Shown: positions 24,798 to 39,242 of the stretch, piece after piece | How positions within the stretch are numbered: position 1 is the stretch's first letter | Layout: each line of letters begins with the position of its first letter | Source of the DNA: Chiloscyllium plagiosum | Taxonomy: Eukaryota | Assembly: GCF_004010195.1 (NCBI RefSeq) | Contig: NC_057749.1 | Coordinates: forward strand, 14,419,142-14,483,141 | DNA: 64,000 nucleotides | Reading direction: 5' to 3' | Position numbers and translations under genes: made by a program | Notes under the pieces: model-generated | Told to the model about the DNA's origin: nothing | The model's database searches: none | What the model saw: only the letters and a program-made list of their open reading frames with translations

Positions 24798-26199
24798 AGA
24801 GTTCAGGCAATTATCCTAATCTTCCAAACCTGCTTGTTTTACATTGATTGTAGTTTCTGATCATTTCAATAACATTGAAAAGCCAATTCAATTCAATTAG
24901 TTTCCCATTGGGTGGTTTGGGTAAAAATCACTCTAGTATTAAACCCCAGTCTTAATAGTATGTTCATTGAGCTACAGTTTGCTTAAAATATGTCATGCAT
25001 GTTCTTCTAAATACCATTACTCTGTAAACTAATAAAGAGTACAGTAAATTATTAATATTTCATAAGATCCCAGCATCCCTGAAGGAGAAATAGTTCTTGT
25101 TCTGCTTTGCTAATTTGCTTTGTGATTGATGGGCAGTCTTATTCTTGAGTGCTGTGCAATATGAGTTGAAAGTATAATTAGGTTTGTCTGCCAGAAAGTA
25201 GCAAAAAGCTGCAGTTAACATTTTTAAAATCATTTTTATACCTCCTCCTCCTTGTCTTGAAGCTGCTGAACCATAGTCAGGTGTGACTCCATAGGTTCTA
25301 AGAAACAGTCATTCAACCTGAAACATTAACTCTGATTTCTGTCCACAGATGTTGCCAGACCTGCTGAGCTTTTCCAGTAATTTTTGTTTTTGTGATTCCA
25401 TAGGCACCAGCCCTTCTTTGGCATCTAACCTAAGGTTCCTGATTACTTCCCACCAATGCCTAGTTGAAGTGCAGCATTTTGGGCAAGACCTAAGGATATG
25501 GTTTGGCTTGACTGGGTGTATGCTTCAGTCAAATAGCCCACTCCCACTCACTATCTTGCATCATCCATGAATAATGGCCAATTTGATCACTTAGAGTAGC
25601 ACTATACTAAATAATTATTAAATAAACTTGTCAGTGCACTACAATTGTTGCAACTTCCAATAACAGATCTTCTAAAATGTGGCCATTTTAAATTTAATAT
25701 TTTCTCCAAGTAATTTATTTAATGACCACTTTATGAAGGCCCAAAGTTCAGTACCTGAACTGCACTGAGCTGATGAACTTACCAAGGGAGCAGATGGGAT
25801 TTAATTGGTTTCTGCACTTGGCTTCTGGATCAGTCCTGAGGGTGATCTGGCCATGTGTTTCTGGTTGGCCAATATATCCACTGCCAGGAAGCCCCTTTTA
25901 TGTATGTAGATGAAAAATTGGTTATGATGAAGCCCTGCAGTTGATTAGCTTGCTGACATTCAGTGTGAAATATTGAACAGTTGGGTGAGATGCTGGAATA
26001 GCTGGCATAACTGGAGCAGAATCCAAGGAAGAGATATGACTTTGAGAAGAAACAGTATGCTGAACTGTATTTGCTGTTCACAATGTAGTCTGGATAGATC
26101 AAACATAGATTGGGTGGCAGCTTTGCAGAATGTCTCCATTCAATTCACAGGCACGATCTGAGCTTCCAGTGACCTACCACTTCTAGTTCTCTTGTTTGA

Positions 26200-27240
26200 G
26201 AGTCTGTCGGTGGAAAAGGATAGTGGGTCAGGCAGCATCCGAGGAGCAGGAAAATTGACTTTTCAGGCTGGAGACTTTTGCTTTCACATTGATATCTCAG
26301 TCCTCAGCATGCTGTAGTGTTCCACTGAAGCTCAATGTAAACTTGAGCAACACCTCATTTTCAGGTTAGAAACTTTACTGCCTTCTGGACTTGACATTAA
26401 CAAACAACAATTTCAGACTGCAATCTCTGCTCCCCTATTTTGTATCTTTTTCTTCACATATGTCGGTCTTAAATTTATTTTCCCCATGGTCTTGCTTTCA
26501 GAAAATAGCTGTTTGTTATTCTCCCATTTACAGCTCTGGATCCATTTTGTTTTTATTTCGTTTTTGTCCCATTCCCACTCCCTTTGATTCTGCTCTAGCA
26601 GTTCTTTTGTCATATAATGTCAGCTGTCTTGCATCCTTTCACAAACCTTCCTTTTGTTATTTGTGCAACTTCACCCATTTTATTTACTTAAAAACTATTA
26701 TGTTTCTAACTTTACCAAAACTCTGTGTGGCAGAGAATCACCAACTCCCTGACATTTCCTCTTTCCTCTCTTTGGATCCTGATCCCAACACCGACCATTA
26801 TTTCCAGGATTCTCATTGACCTCATCTCCACAAACCTTCTCTACAGCTTCCCATGTACTTTCCCCCTCTTATTTTCTGCACAAACCTCCAAAGCATTTGT
26901 ACTGTGAAAGGCATCAGCATGCCAACCATTGCATCGACCCTTGGAGCAAAGGTGTGGCGACATAGCTTGGAGGGAACTTTGCTTCCCATCTCATACTCCC
27001 TGAATGCTGAAACATCCAGGTTCTTCGTTCCACAGACAGATTTGTCCTGGTGGACCCATTGTTTCAGCCCATTCCTGCCCCACTTAATTTCTTTCTTCTT
27101 ATCTTAAATCTTCTTTGTTCTGGCCACCTCCATTGAAGACTCTTCTTACCTTATCATTTCAACTGTTCCCAGTATGTTAACTCACAGTTGCTGCCAGATG
27201 TGCTAAGTTTCTCCAGCACCTTTTGGCTTTTATTTTGGGC
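26200..27240 (+). mobile_element. Old Penelope-like fragments (GIY-YIG C-terminus and RT N-terminal pieces)
   Basis: DISVLSML*CSTEAQCKLEQHLIFRLETLLPSGLDI at about 26290-26400 and PGGPIVSA at about 27044-27068. Confidence 0.65.
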
Positions 27241-30200
27241 ATTTAACTTTTCCTAAGTTTGTTGAATGCTCACAACCTGGAATGTTAACACCACTTCTTT
27301 GTCCATTGATGCTGCCAAACCTGCTAAGCATTATCATTGTTGACCATTTGGGCTGAATGGCTTATTTCTTGTATGTGTTTCCCTCCCATTCATATAAATC
27401 AATTTCAGTGTCACAGCTGTTGAAAATGTGTGGTTCAGTAACATTTCAGTTCAGATTGTGGATGCTGGAGCCCACTGTGCATTGCCAGCTAACTAAAGAA
27501 ATATTTGCAGTTGAAATGGCATAAAACCAGTCGTGAAAGCACCTGTGTGTTTTTATATAAATGACACACAGACATACATTTCAGGGGTTTGATGCATCCC
27601 ATTGGGGTGGAAGATTGAGATGTAATTCATTCTTTGCTGTCTTCGCATCCGACCCCCTTTGCGTAACTGTTTGTCACTAAATTTTCTGTGAAATCCTGAC
27701 TGTGTTAATCGTTTAAGGACTGTGAAATTCTTTTAAATGGTGTCAATATCCTGATTTTTGATTTGGAAACTGTAATTGCCACTGCGTGCAGACTGATGTC
27801 TCACCTATAGTAATCTTAGGCCTTACCGCCCACATTTCCACCATCCCCCCAAAAAATTGAAGTACCACATATATCTTGTTAGTCATTAAAATCAATATTG
27901 CTAATTTCATCTTGCAATTTGCAATGATAATGTTGTTAATGAGTCTTGTGTATAAGGTAACTAATCTTCTGTTAATCTGCCAACCATCTAATTATTGTGG
28001 GTGTTGATGATCACATCAGACATTGAGCAGATGGCTTAGGTTTGATGTACTCTGGTATGTTGTAACAATATGGCATCTTTCCATCTCCCGAGAGTGTAAG
28101 TTGACCACCTTTGAATCACTCTGATGCTCAAAAGCCAAGGTTCCTAAAATCCGTCCTTATTTTGCTTTGTGTCTCCTCTGTTTCTCACTGCTCCCTCTCA
28201 GCTTAATAAGTGTGAATTACTCAACATAAGCTCTCATCACAGAGCACCTGTTCACTGATGCTACAAGTTCTTGGTAAATACTTAACAACCATAAATAGGA
28301 CTACCATGCATTCTAGTGAGGTGAGCCAGAAAAACCAGCTCATTCTTTACTCCTCCTGCTATATTGAATCTACATCAGTATCAAAATCTTTTGCCCTGTT
28401 CAATCTCCTTGAGGCCATTCTCTTGTATTTTTAACTAGTTTCAGGTATAGTTATTCAACCTTTTAGCCATGGTTACCTAGCATGGAATATTGTGGTTGCA
28501 AAAACTATGTGTCTATAGTATAAACCCTTTAGATTTTCAACTAAAAGGAGAATAATTGATTCATCAGGGAAAATTTTGAAACAATATAAACTCATATTAC
28601 TTTGGAATGTGAGATATCATTACAACAGTCTGTTTAATGTTTGGAATTACTGCCTTGAATTCATTTTTTATTTTGCAATTTCTTTTCACCTCTGCTAAAG
28701 GTGCTGTTTACTAGTGGTTAGGTATCCAATAATTGGGAATGATTATGAATGTGGGGCAGTTATTTGACTGCGGAGAGGATCACTGCACATCCAGTTATCA
28801 CGTGTGCGCTTTAACAGTCACCTGATGCAGATCAGGAGCAGAAATCTGATTTTTTTAATATATATTCTAAGAGATGGTGAGATCAATAATAGCCTTATTT
28901 TTGTTCTAATTCAGAGTAGACATCAAAGATGTAACCGACCTTCTTATGTTTTCTTTCCTCTTCCTTGGAGATAGGCTTACGTTTGCCAGACTAACAGTAT
29001 TGTTAGTCAGTTGCCATTTTTCATATGAGCTTAAACATTAAATTTCAAAGTGAAAATGTCTTTAACGTATTCAGAGTTTACTTTCATCTCATTTGTTCAT
29101 GTATACTTTTCTCTGAGAGATTAGTTATGTTGCTAAATCAGAGAGACTTGTTTTTGTGATGTCCTGAAGAAGTTGAGTTCTCAAACTTGTCTGTTTCTGT
29201 AATGTATCGCTGTATCCTCCTTGATGTTGAATTCTGGTTTACAACAGACTGCTGTCCAAGAAAGACTAGAACAATACCACTGTTTTCTTGTGGTATGATA
29301 AATAAGCTCTAGGTTCTTTTTGGACTGCAATTCACTGTTAATTCTGGAATCCAACAAGTGTTGACTGCTGCCTTTCGCACTCTGTACAATTTTATTCTAG
29401 CAAGTTTTCAAAGGTACAGTTTTTGAGACCTCAGCTGGCAAAACATCTGTTATGAAAATGTGAAAGTCTTCTGTTGTGGGCAGTGCCAGCCATTTGAGAT
29501 TTTTCTTGAGGCTGTGCAGATGCAGAGAATTTAACATTCTTTGCTTTGCAATTTACCTATTTGTAATAAATTGAACTAGCTTTCCATATCCTGGAATAAG
29601 CAACCACCAAATAGGTATTTTGTAATATCACTGTAACACAGTTTAATGATACCAGAGTAAGCCATTTGGGTCCAAGGTGACAAATTTCTTAACCCAGAGA
29701 TTAGTGAGTTTATGGCACAGAAAATTGTTGAGGCCAAAACTTTGAATGTTTTCAAGAAGATTTTAGATATCATTCATAGGCCAAGAGATCAAAGACTATG
29801 AGGAGAAAGCTGGAACAGGGCACTGAATTGGATGATCATCCATGATCATATTGAATGGCAGAGCAGGCTCAAAGGGCTGAATGGCCTATTCCTGCTATTT
29901 TCTATATTTTTATATTGCTGTTAAATTGGGATTACAAGTAAATTTCACAGTAGTAGCTGTCAATTTTCTGTTGATAACAATTTAACTTATATGTCATATG
30001 TATAGATTTGAAATTGGAGAAGATGTAACCATTTAAATTGCCCGCCTCTAATTTTGGGTTTGTTTTAATGGCATACTGATGAAACTAGGCCACTCAGTAT
30101 TTATTAATAAATCAGCTCTGAAAGTACAAATTCCACAGAAAATACGGATGGAAAGAATTAAGTGTAGTGCCAAATAAACAATAATCTAAGACAGACATAC

Positions 30201-32754
30201 CCAACTGATAAAGTCAGTATTGAGCTCCTTTACTAAATATGGCTATTTAGCTCCAGCTCATGCCAAGGTACTGTTATGATTTGCTGGCAGTCAGCTTGAA
30301 CCACTGAGAAGTATTTACTATTCCTTTGGAGAGATTTGCCTTTTAACCCCATTTAATTGAGCTGGCACTTTACAATGTAAGTTTTATGAGTCCAGCATTT
30401 TGATCACTCCGGTTCCAGTTTCTGCGATAGTTTCTGCTCTGCCAGCACACGGTGAGGTCTGTAAGTGTGGATAAATCCCAAATAAAATGTGATATCATAA
30501 CTTACCTCTGCAGTATTTTAACCTCCCACCTGAGAACAATAACTTGTGTTTAGATCTGCTTTCATATGTGATGGTGTCCTTGTGCGCACCATGAGAGTAC
30601 AGGCTGAGAGTTAAGATAGTGTGTTTCAGTGGGGCCTGATACAAATGGAAGACAGGAGAAGCTGCAATCAGGCGCAGCAACTCTTCCCCTCTGTGGCTGT
30701 GATGCTTCTGCTGTCCCTTTCTGGTTGAGATCAACATGGTTTGTTATTAAATGCCATCTTACTCAGTCCTTTTAGTCAGAAAGACCAAGGGAAAACTAGA
30801 TGTTTATCAGCCATTCTGAGAACATTGTTGAAGTTGATTTTTCAAAAATGAAATAACATTTCAAAAAATGAGGTGCAATGTATTTAAAGCCATACTCTCC
30901 TACCTTAATGATATCACAAAGGTGAATCACCAAATAGACCTCTAGAATTATGCTGTCACTAGGCACAACCATGAACCAAATGTTTGTGGGTTTTTTCATG
31001 AATGCAGGAGAACAACTTGTTTTGTAAAGAACCTAGCAAGAATGTTAACTTCCCCTTGCTTCAGCATGGGAAGAATTTAAATATAGAAACCACCTTACAC
31101 ATTACTTTCCTGCACAGAATGCAGTTTGGTCAACTTATTATTTAGCTTCATTCTGTTTGTCAACCTAATCAAGCATTTCCTCATTAGTCTTGGGTTGACT
31201 GTTTGCTTTGGTGGAGTTGGTCAGCCAGATGTTGATTCTGTATGGGCACTGAATTTGGAATTAGCATGGGAATTTGGAAAATATTCTCCCTGCTTTTCAA
31301 ACTATTTATTTCATAGAAGGAATAGCATCACAGATAATAACCTCTCACCTGCCCCATCCAAGTGTAAATGGATTCAGTGATTAGCCATAACAAAGATATC
31401 TCATTTAATGCATAGTTTAATGTACTGTTTCCCAGACACTGAAATAAAATCATTTGTTTACAGAGTTTAAATACTTTGACCTTCTTACTGTTCCAAACCT
31501 CAGCAGTGCATCGTTCCCCAGGGTTTTGCATTTGGATCTCAGTTTATTTTTTTCTGGAGGCCCAGAAGAGGACAACTTTTCTACAAATATCAATCCTGGG
31601 AAAGAGGCATTTTTTCTTTTTTCTTGTCTAATCCTTCTGATAAATATAATCCAGTCATGCACTGAACATTAACTGCAATGTAAATTTTTTTGCGTTGATT
31701 CTGTTATGTAGTTTATACCTAAATGCAACAATGAAGGTAATTTACAAGATTGCTCTTAATGACAGTGACCCCATTTTTACTAAGTCATGGAACAGTGCAT
31801 AAGAGATAGTAGACCAATTGTCCCCTCAAGCCTACTGTTGTCATTCAAAAAGGTCTGATCCTGCTTCAATCTCTTATTTTCATGTCTCCTCTCTGTAATC
31901 CTAGCATTCCCTGTAGTTAAAGAATCTGTTAATCTCAGCCTTAAATATATTCAATGACTCAGCCTCTATTGCTGCCTGGGATACAGAATTTGAAAAATCA
32001 CAGTCCGTGAGAAAACAAATTCCTCCTCATCTCCATCTGAAACTATTCCCCCAGTTCATCATTCTTATAAAGGGGATAATTCTGTCAATCTCTGTCAAAA
32101 TATGTTTCAACAAAATCACCTTTCTCAACCTTACCCAGTGTAAACCAATTAAGCCTTCTCTGAACTGTCTCTAATGTGAGTTCTCAAATGGGCTGTTGTG
32201 ATACATTAGTAGTATCTCTACCTCTGAGCTAGGAGGACTGGATTCAAGACCCTCCTACTACAGTTGGATGTAAAAATAACTCTAAACAAGTTGACTAGAA
32301 ATACCTATACCTCCTCTGATGGGAAATTAGTGGTTATAGGTTAAAATGCAGTGTGGGAACCTGCACAAGAGGACTCTGTATGTGACTTTTTTTTAAGGGT
32401 TTGCTAGGAAAATCTTCAGTCTGGGATAGATTTCAATCCAGGCCATTGAAATAAAAATGCAGTGTTCCAACCTTATCAATGCATTTAGACAGCAGAAAAT
32501 AACAAATGCATTGAATGAAATCACGACAGCACAATAATTTCATCCCACACCCATGCTTATCCAACAAAATTGGTAGTTTAGATTGCATCTTCAATGTATT
32601 ACCATGGTTACATGCCATCTGCCAATGCAATCGAATAAATAGATTACAAGTTCCAATACGTTTTGCCTGATGCTGTCTCAAATTCCTAATAATCAGTGAA
32701 ATGCAGATCATCATATGTTTCTTGTATTCTAATTTAAATCATATCATCCATTTA

Positions 32755-35070
32755 GAAACATAAGAGCAGGAATAGACCATTCAGACTGTCAAGCCTGCTC
32801 AGCCATTTAATACCATCATAGATGATTATCCATTTTATGTTTTTTTTTCCCTTACATTATCTCCATATCCCTTAATTTCAGTGAATCTGTCATAGAGATG
32901 TACAGCACAGAAACATACCCTTCGGTCCAACCTGTCCATGCCAGCCAGATAACCTAAAATAATCTAGTCCTGTTTGCCAGCACTTGGCCCATATCCCTCT
33001 TAACACTTCCCGATCATGTACCCATCTAGATGCCTTTTAAATGTTGTAATTGTACCAGCCTCCACCACTTCCTCTGGCAGCTCATTCCATATACCCACCA
33101 TCCTCTGCGTGAAAAAGTTGGCCCTTAGGACCTTTTTAAATCTTTCCCCCTCACGCCAAACCTATGCCCCCTAGTTCTGGACCCCCCTTCCCCCCAACCC
33201 AGGGAAAACACCTTATCTATTTACTCTATCCATGCCCCTCATGATTTTATAGACCTCTAGAAGGTGACCCCTCAGCCTCCAATGCTCCAGGGAAAACAGC
33301 CCCGGCCTATTTAGCCTCTCCGTACAGCTCAAACTTTCCAACCTTGGCAGCTGTCAATTTCTATTTTAAACATACTCAGTGATTGAGATCTCACAGCCTT
33401 CTCTGGTTCAGAATTCTACAGCTTTATAGTCCTCTGAGTAAAATAATTTACCCTCATCTCAGTCCTAATGATTTCCCTGTTATTTTGGAATGATGTACCC
33501 TGGTTCTAGACTCCCTAAGCAGCAGAAACATCCTAATTGTCTCCCCCTTTTATGTATTTTGTAAGTTTCCATCAGATCACCTCTCATTTTGCAAAGCTTT
33601 AGAGAATACAGGCCCAGTTTTTACGATCTTTCTTGGTAGGACAGTTCCACCACACCCAGAACATGTCTGGCGGTCCTCTGTTGCACTCCATAAAATCACA
33701 AGATGTAGGACCAGAAATAGACTATTTGGCCCACTCTGCCATTCAATGAGATCATGGTTGATCTGATAACCCACTTCCCTGCCTTAGCATCATAACCTTT
33801 GAATGCCTTACTGACTAAACATCTGTCTATCTCAGCCTTGAATATGTCCCAATCTCTACATCCCATGTAGTAAACAATTCCACGGATTCATTACATCAGA
33901 GAAGAATTTCCTCCTTATCTTTCTTAAATGGGTAACCCCTTTCTCTAAGAAAAACCCACTGGTCCTTGACTTTACCACAAGGCTCACTCAATGCAGCAAT
34001 ATTCTGCCTGACATTAAAGGACCAAATCTGCACACATGACTCCAGGTGCGTTCTAATCAAGGTGCTATGTAATTGAAGTAAGGTTCCAGGCCTATCCTCA
34101 TGACAAAGACTAAAATACCAATAGCTTTTCTAATTTCTTGCTGCACTTGCATGTTAGACTTAAGTGACTTAGAGTCATAGAGATGTACAGCATGGAAACA
34201 GACCCTTTGGTCCAACCTGTCCATGCCGACCAGATATCCCAACCCAATCTAGTCCCACCTGCCAGCACTCGGCCCATATCCCTCCAAACCCTTCCTCTTC
34301 ATATACCCATCCAAATGCCTCTTAAATGTTGCAATTGTACCAGCTTCCACCACATCCTCTGAGCTCATTCCATACACGGACCACCCTCTGCATGAAAAAG
34401 TTGCCCCTTAGGTCTCTTTTATATCTTTCCCCTCTCACCCTAAACCTATGCCCTCTAGTTCTGGACTCCCCAACCCCAGGGAAAAGACTTTGTCTATTTA
34501 TCCTATCCATGCCCCTCATAATTTTGTAAACCTCTATAAGGTCACCCCTCAGCCCCAGCCTGTTCAGCCTCTCCCTGTAGCTCAGATCCTCAAATCCTGG
34601 CAAAATCCTTGTAAATCTTTTCTGAACCCTTTCAATTTTCACTTATCAATGAGAACATCTAGGTCCTTTTGTGTGTCTGCACTTTCTAATCTCTTACCAT
34701 TTAAGAAATAATCTGCACATCTGTTCTTCCTACCAAAGTGGATAATCTCACACTTTTCCACATTATCTTCCATCTGCCATGTTCTCGGACAATCACTAAG
34801 TCAATCCAAACACTCTTTCACAGCACACATTCCCACCCAACTTTGTGCCATCCACAAACTTGGAAATATTACATTTGGACCCCAAATCCCAAGTCATTGA
34901 TATGTATCGTGAACAGTTGGGGTTTAAGTACTGGCCCTTGTGGTACCCCAGTAGTCACAGCCTGCCAACCTGAGAATGATCATTTATTCCTGCTGTCTGT
35001 TTTCTACCTGCAAGCCAATCATTAATCCATTATATTACATCCCATCCTGTATGCTTTAATTTTACTGACC
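32755..35070 (-). mobile_element. Cluster of nested CR1 LINE fragments (younger inserts at about 32890-33350 and 34170-34635)
   Basis: Reverse-complement CR1 ORF2 C-termini and 3' UTRs; ORF 34322-34642. Confidence 0.85.
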
Positions 35071-35747
35071 ATCTCTTGACTTTTATACTGGCCTTGGTTT
35101 ATTAATAAAGACAGTTGATAAAGATAAATCTCAAATTATCTGTACTGTAATGTGGTTCAACAGTGTTCTTTTCCAGTATGTTTCTGGAACATTACACGTG
35201 ATAGTAATCCTGTCCAATTATCTATCTGGTATCAATTGCTTTCAGTAATTTCTTCCACGTCCAACAGACCCCAAGCTGTCTTGCTCTTATACCAGTGTAT
35301 GGACTGGCACATGAAAATGCCAGAGTGAGTCTGATAGCACTCAATTTGCATTTGCACTTCTCATTTTGCTGACGGCACTGAGAAGTTGAAATTGGTGACA
35401 AAAGTTGTGGTCTTTTGTTAATTGATGGCTAAAATAAAGAAAAACAATAATTACAAGAGAATGAAGTGTGTAGTCTCCAAGTTGAAGTTTCTGATGACAA
35501 ACTAAGGAAAAATGAAGTATGAGTAGTTCATAAGGACACGATGACCTGTAGCGAATGCAGCAGTCTTTGTTTCTGCCCTGAAATCCCCTGATGGCCATGA
35601 CTCATACATAGGTGAATTCCATAGGTTCCAATAAATCTGCTATTTTCCTCAAATGGCCATTTGTCTTTCATTAGCCTAGACAGTGAGTATTGGCAGGCTA
35701 TTAAGCATTGATGGAAATCAGAGTTGATTGCAATCCTGCTTTCAGCA

Positions 35748-35951
35748 TTTGGAGATGCCGGTGTTGGACTGGGGTGTACAAAGTTAAAAATCACACAACA
35801 CCAGGTTATAGTCCAACAGGTTTAATTGGAAGCACGCTAGCTTTCGGAGCGATGTTCCTGAATCACCTGATGAAAGACCGTCGCTCCAAAAGCTAGTGTG
35901 CTTCCAATTAAACCTGTTGGACTATAACCTGGTGTTGTGTGATTTTTAACT
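35748..35951. mobile_element. Palindromic Penelope-derived mini-element with a 12-bp TSD
   Basis: CTGCTTTCAGCA at 35736-35747 and 35952-35963; head-to-head arms with hammerhead relics at the centre. Confidence 0.9.
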
Positions 35952-36512
35952 CTGCTTTCAGCAGACATCCAAAGATGTGCATGATCAAACAAGGTTCACA
36001 GGCTGGTAATCTGAAGTAGGAACCTAGCTAAAATCTTTTGGTTGCTTTTCTATTTTACTCACCCTTCAAATTCCAAGACAGTGAGACTGTTTGTTGTTAC
36101 ACCCCTTTTTCCTGCAGTACTAATAAAGATCAATTAACTGCCACAAGATTGAATGTTACTAATCTGTAGTGCTCACATAATGCATTTACCAGTGAAGGAA
36201 TATGAGTAATCTAAATTTTTTCATTCTATTTTTTCCTTCTGATGATGAATGTTAGCAAGGAATTAAGCCCCACAGAAAACATAACCCTAACCCTAGTCTT
36301 AACCTTCCAAACCTGCAACTACTTTTATCAGAATAACAAAGGCAGCAGAGACCAACCACCATCTGCAAGTTCCCATCTAGGCCACTTACCAGCCAGACTT
36401 AGAAATATATCACCATTCTCAGCATTGTTGGATCAAAATCCTGGAACTCTCTCCCAAAGGCATTGTAGGACTGTCTTTGTAGCACATTGACTGCAGTATT
36501 TCAAGAAGGCAG

Positions 36513-37276
36513 TTTTAGGTTCTTTCCCAAGATTTCACACACGAGATGCAATTCGCAGACACCAACTTCTACAAACAGTTAGTTTATTAAAGCCTGTACC
36601 AGCTAGGTAGACCCTTTTGACCCTCTTCACAAGCATGCAAAGTCAGGTCAACGAGGCCCTAAACAAAGGAAACACATCCCCTTAAACAAGTCAGATGGTC
36701 ATGCTCACAAATACTCTGGCCAATCTACCATAGTAACATGACATTCAAGACAATCCCCCCCCACCACCACCAGCCATTCCCTCGCAGTCACATGTTACCC
36801 CAGGATGAGATCATCCTTGGAGATAATGCATTTGCAAATGCCCTAATCCTGGGGAATCGTTATGCAGACAATTTCCTGACTCAGTAATTTGTGTCGAGAG
36901 TGTAGTGCTGGAAAAGCACAGCAGGTCAGGCAGCATCTGAGGAGCAGGAGAATCAACATTTTGGGCATAAGTCCTTCATCAAGAATTAGAAATACTCCTT
37001 CCTGATTCTCCCAAGACAATATAGGTGTAATATACCTAGCTACAGAGGTTGGCTGGAAAGCATTTCCAAATGGAAGAGATTGAATGATAGTTTAATTTGA
37101 TAAGAGTAAAGGGAATAGTAGTAGCAAATGACACTTTAAATGGAGTGGGAGTCATCTGCATTCCTGCATGAATGTTGTCCCCATCCACGTCCAGAATGTT
37201 CAGTCGGTGCAGTTGAACTCTTTAATATTACATTAATGTCCAGAGAGATATTCCAATTTAATCTTTTAATGTTTCA
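36513..37276 (-). mobile_element. Probable solo LTR with 4-bp TSD (GCAG), containing a Penelope-type half element at about 36890-36986
   Basis: Interrupts a repeat tail (tcaagaaggcag|...|gcagctcaccacc). The minus strand begins TGAAAC, with AATAAA about 70 nt before the far end. Confidence 0.6.
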
Positions 37277-38887
37277 GCAGCTCACCACCACCTTGTCAAG
37301 AGGAACTAGAGATGGATAATAAATACTTGCCAAGCCAGTGTTGCCTACGTCCCATAAATGAATTTTTAAAAACATCTACCTGAGGCTGTCAATTATTGAG
37401 GTCTGTTTTTGTGGACTTCTCACATTAGTCAGTGGATGGTGCCCAGAAGTGAGATTTCCTCCTTGGCTTGTTTTGCTGTTTCTAACACAGCAGCTTGAGA
37501 ATAACAATAACCCACCAACTGGCACCACAGCCAAAGTTGGCATGATGTTTGGATTTACGGCAAGGCATCCCTGGCCTGCACAAGGGCTGAAATCAAACTA
37601 TTTCCATGGCCTGCACTGGGCAGAAATGGGGTAGGAGCTCTCAGAAAACCTATAGCCCATTCCTGCTGATGCTGCTGACATCACTTGAAGCTAGTGCTAC
37701 AACTGGACAGCCAGAGTATCCATTGCCCATCTTGCTGCTTGTAAGCACTCATTCAGTGTCCGCAGTTCATTAATTCCAGGCCCCAGTAGTAAAATAGCTC
37801 AGTCCTTTCACTGACAATGTCGAGCAGCTGTTGTAGTTGGACCGTTCACTGAATGATAAAAACTTCTCTGTTGGCAAAGACTGGCTGAACACATCGATTG
37901 TGATGTTGGCAGATGAAGTATGGCTACCATCCATGCTGACATTCTTGTGCTAAACCCTTTCTTATCATGAATAGCAGTCCATTTCAAAAAGCATTTCTAG
38001 TCCATGGCTTAATTCTTCACACTCCTCTTTAGCTCTTTTCCACATGTTTTGTGCAATGCAATGAGTGTTAATTTAAACTATGTTCCGATGTAGATTTTCT
38101 TCTAATTTCGTGATGCTTTGTACATTGTGAACTGATTCCTACAGTCTGGTAACACTGTCAAGCAGCACAGTGCCCATTAGCTTCAAATTACTTTAACAAG
38201 GCATCGATTATTCGAAAAGTCATGGGAATTTAGTATTGAGCAACAGGACCAACTTTTCAGTTTGGTCCAACCATTGGCATATTGAATCATATAGCTGATA
38301 TATTATGGGAACTATCGGTGCTTTAGTGTTTTGATAATTGCAAACATCTAACTTAGAGACATTAAGATGAGTTTTCAATGTTTTTTTCATAATTGCATTT
38401 GATATATTTTTCTTTACACTGTATGAAACAAGGTTTTGTTGTGATTCTAAATTAAGAATGTGGACTGATATTGCATTGGGGATTTAAAAGTGAAACCATC
38501 AGTATCAGGGCCCAGGAGAGGAGAGCACACAGTGATAATCTAGGGTGAAGGCGATTGTCTAGGCAGCACCGCCCCTCTATAATCAGTCAGAACAATTAGG
38601 TCCCTATACCCAAGAAAGACAGAATCTGAGAGAAGCTATTGTTCTAATCAAAATTCTATCGTTCTCATGCTCCTGCAATCACAGGCTCTCCTCTTCTGCA
38701 TTTGCTACTGATTGGCGCAATACCAGTGAGCAGGTCACTGGGCTACTGTCCTGTGGCAACCTATCCATCCGGGATTATTGTGCCCTAGGATCTGGCATGG
38801 ATGCTCAAGACCAAATGGAACTAGTTACAAATGATGGTTATCTGTTAATTAAGGGATAATTGGATGAGCACTTCCCTAGTGTGTATA

Positions 38888-39175
38888 CAGGCCCTTCAGC
38901 CAACCAGTCCACACCGACCCTCCGAAGAGTAACCCTCCCAGACACATTTCCCTCTGACTAATTCTCCTAATACTATGGAAATTGGTTTGCAATGCTGTGA
39001 ACTTAGCATGGCCGCTTCACCTGACCTGCACATCTTTGGACTATGGGAGGAAACCCACGCAGATACGGGGAGAATGTGCAAACTCCACACAGACAGTTGC
39101 CCGAGGCTGGAATTGAACCTGGGACCCTGGTGCTGTGAGGCAGCAGTGCTAACCACAGAGCCACCATGCCGCCCT
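38888..39175 (-). mobile_element. HE1/V-SINE-like copy
   Basis: Reverse-complement SINE. Confidence 0.9.
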
Positions 39176-39242
39176 TAACTGGGTGTACTTGTATGGGAAC
39201 AAGTAATCAACTCTGTCGATGTTTGTGGATATAAAACATTTG

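Noticed and set aside
35748..35951. miRNA precursor or classical DNA-transposon MITE
   Set aside because: The asymmetric tail, 11-12 bp TSDs in such elements and hammerhead relics fit Penelope-type retro-insertion better; small-RNA production cannot be judged from sequence.
14305..35951. CRISPR-like reading of the recurring ctgatgaaggagcagcgctccgaaagc motif
   Set aside because: The copies are kilobases apart within longer homologous repeats in a eukaryotic genome, with no spacer array or cas genes.
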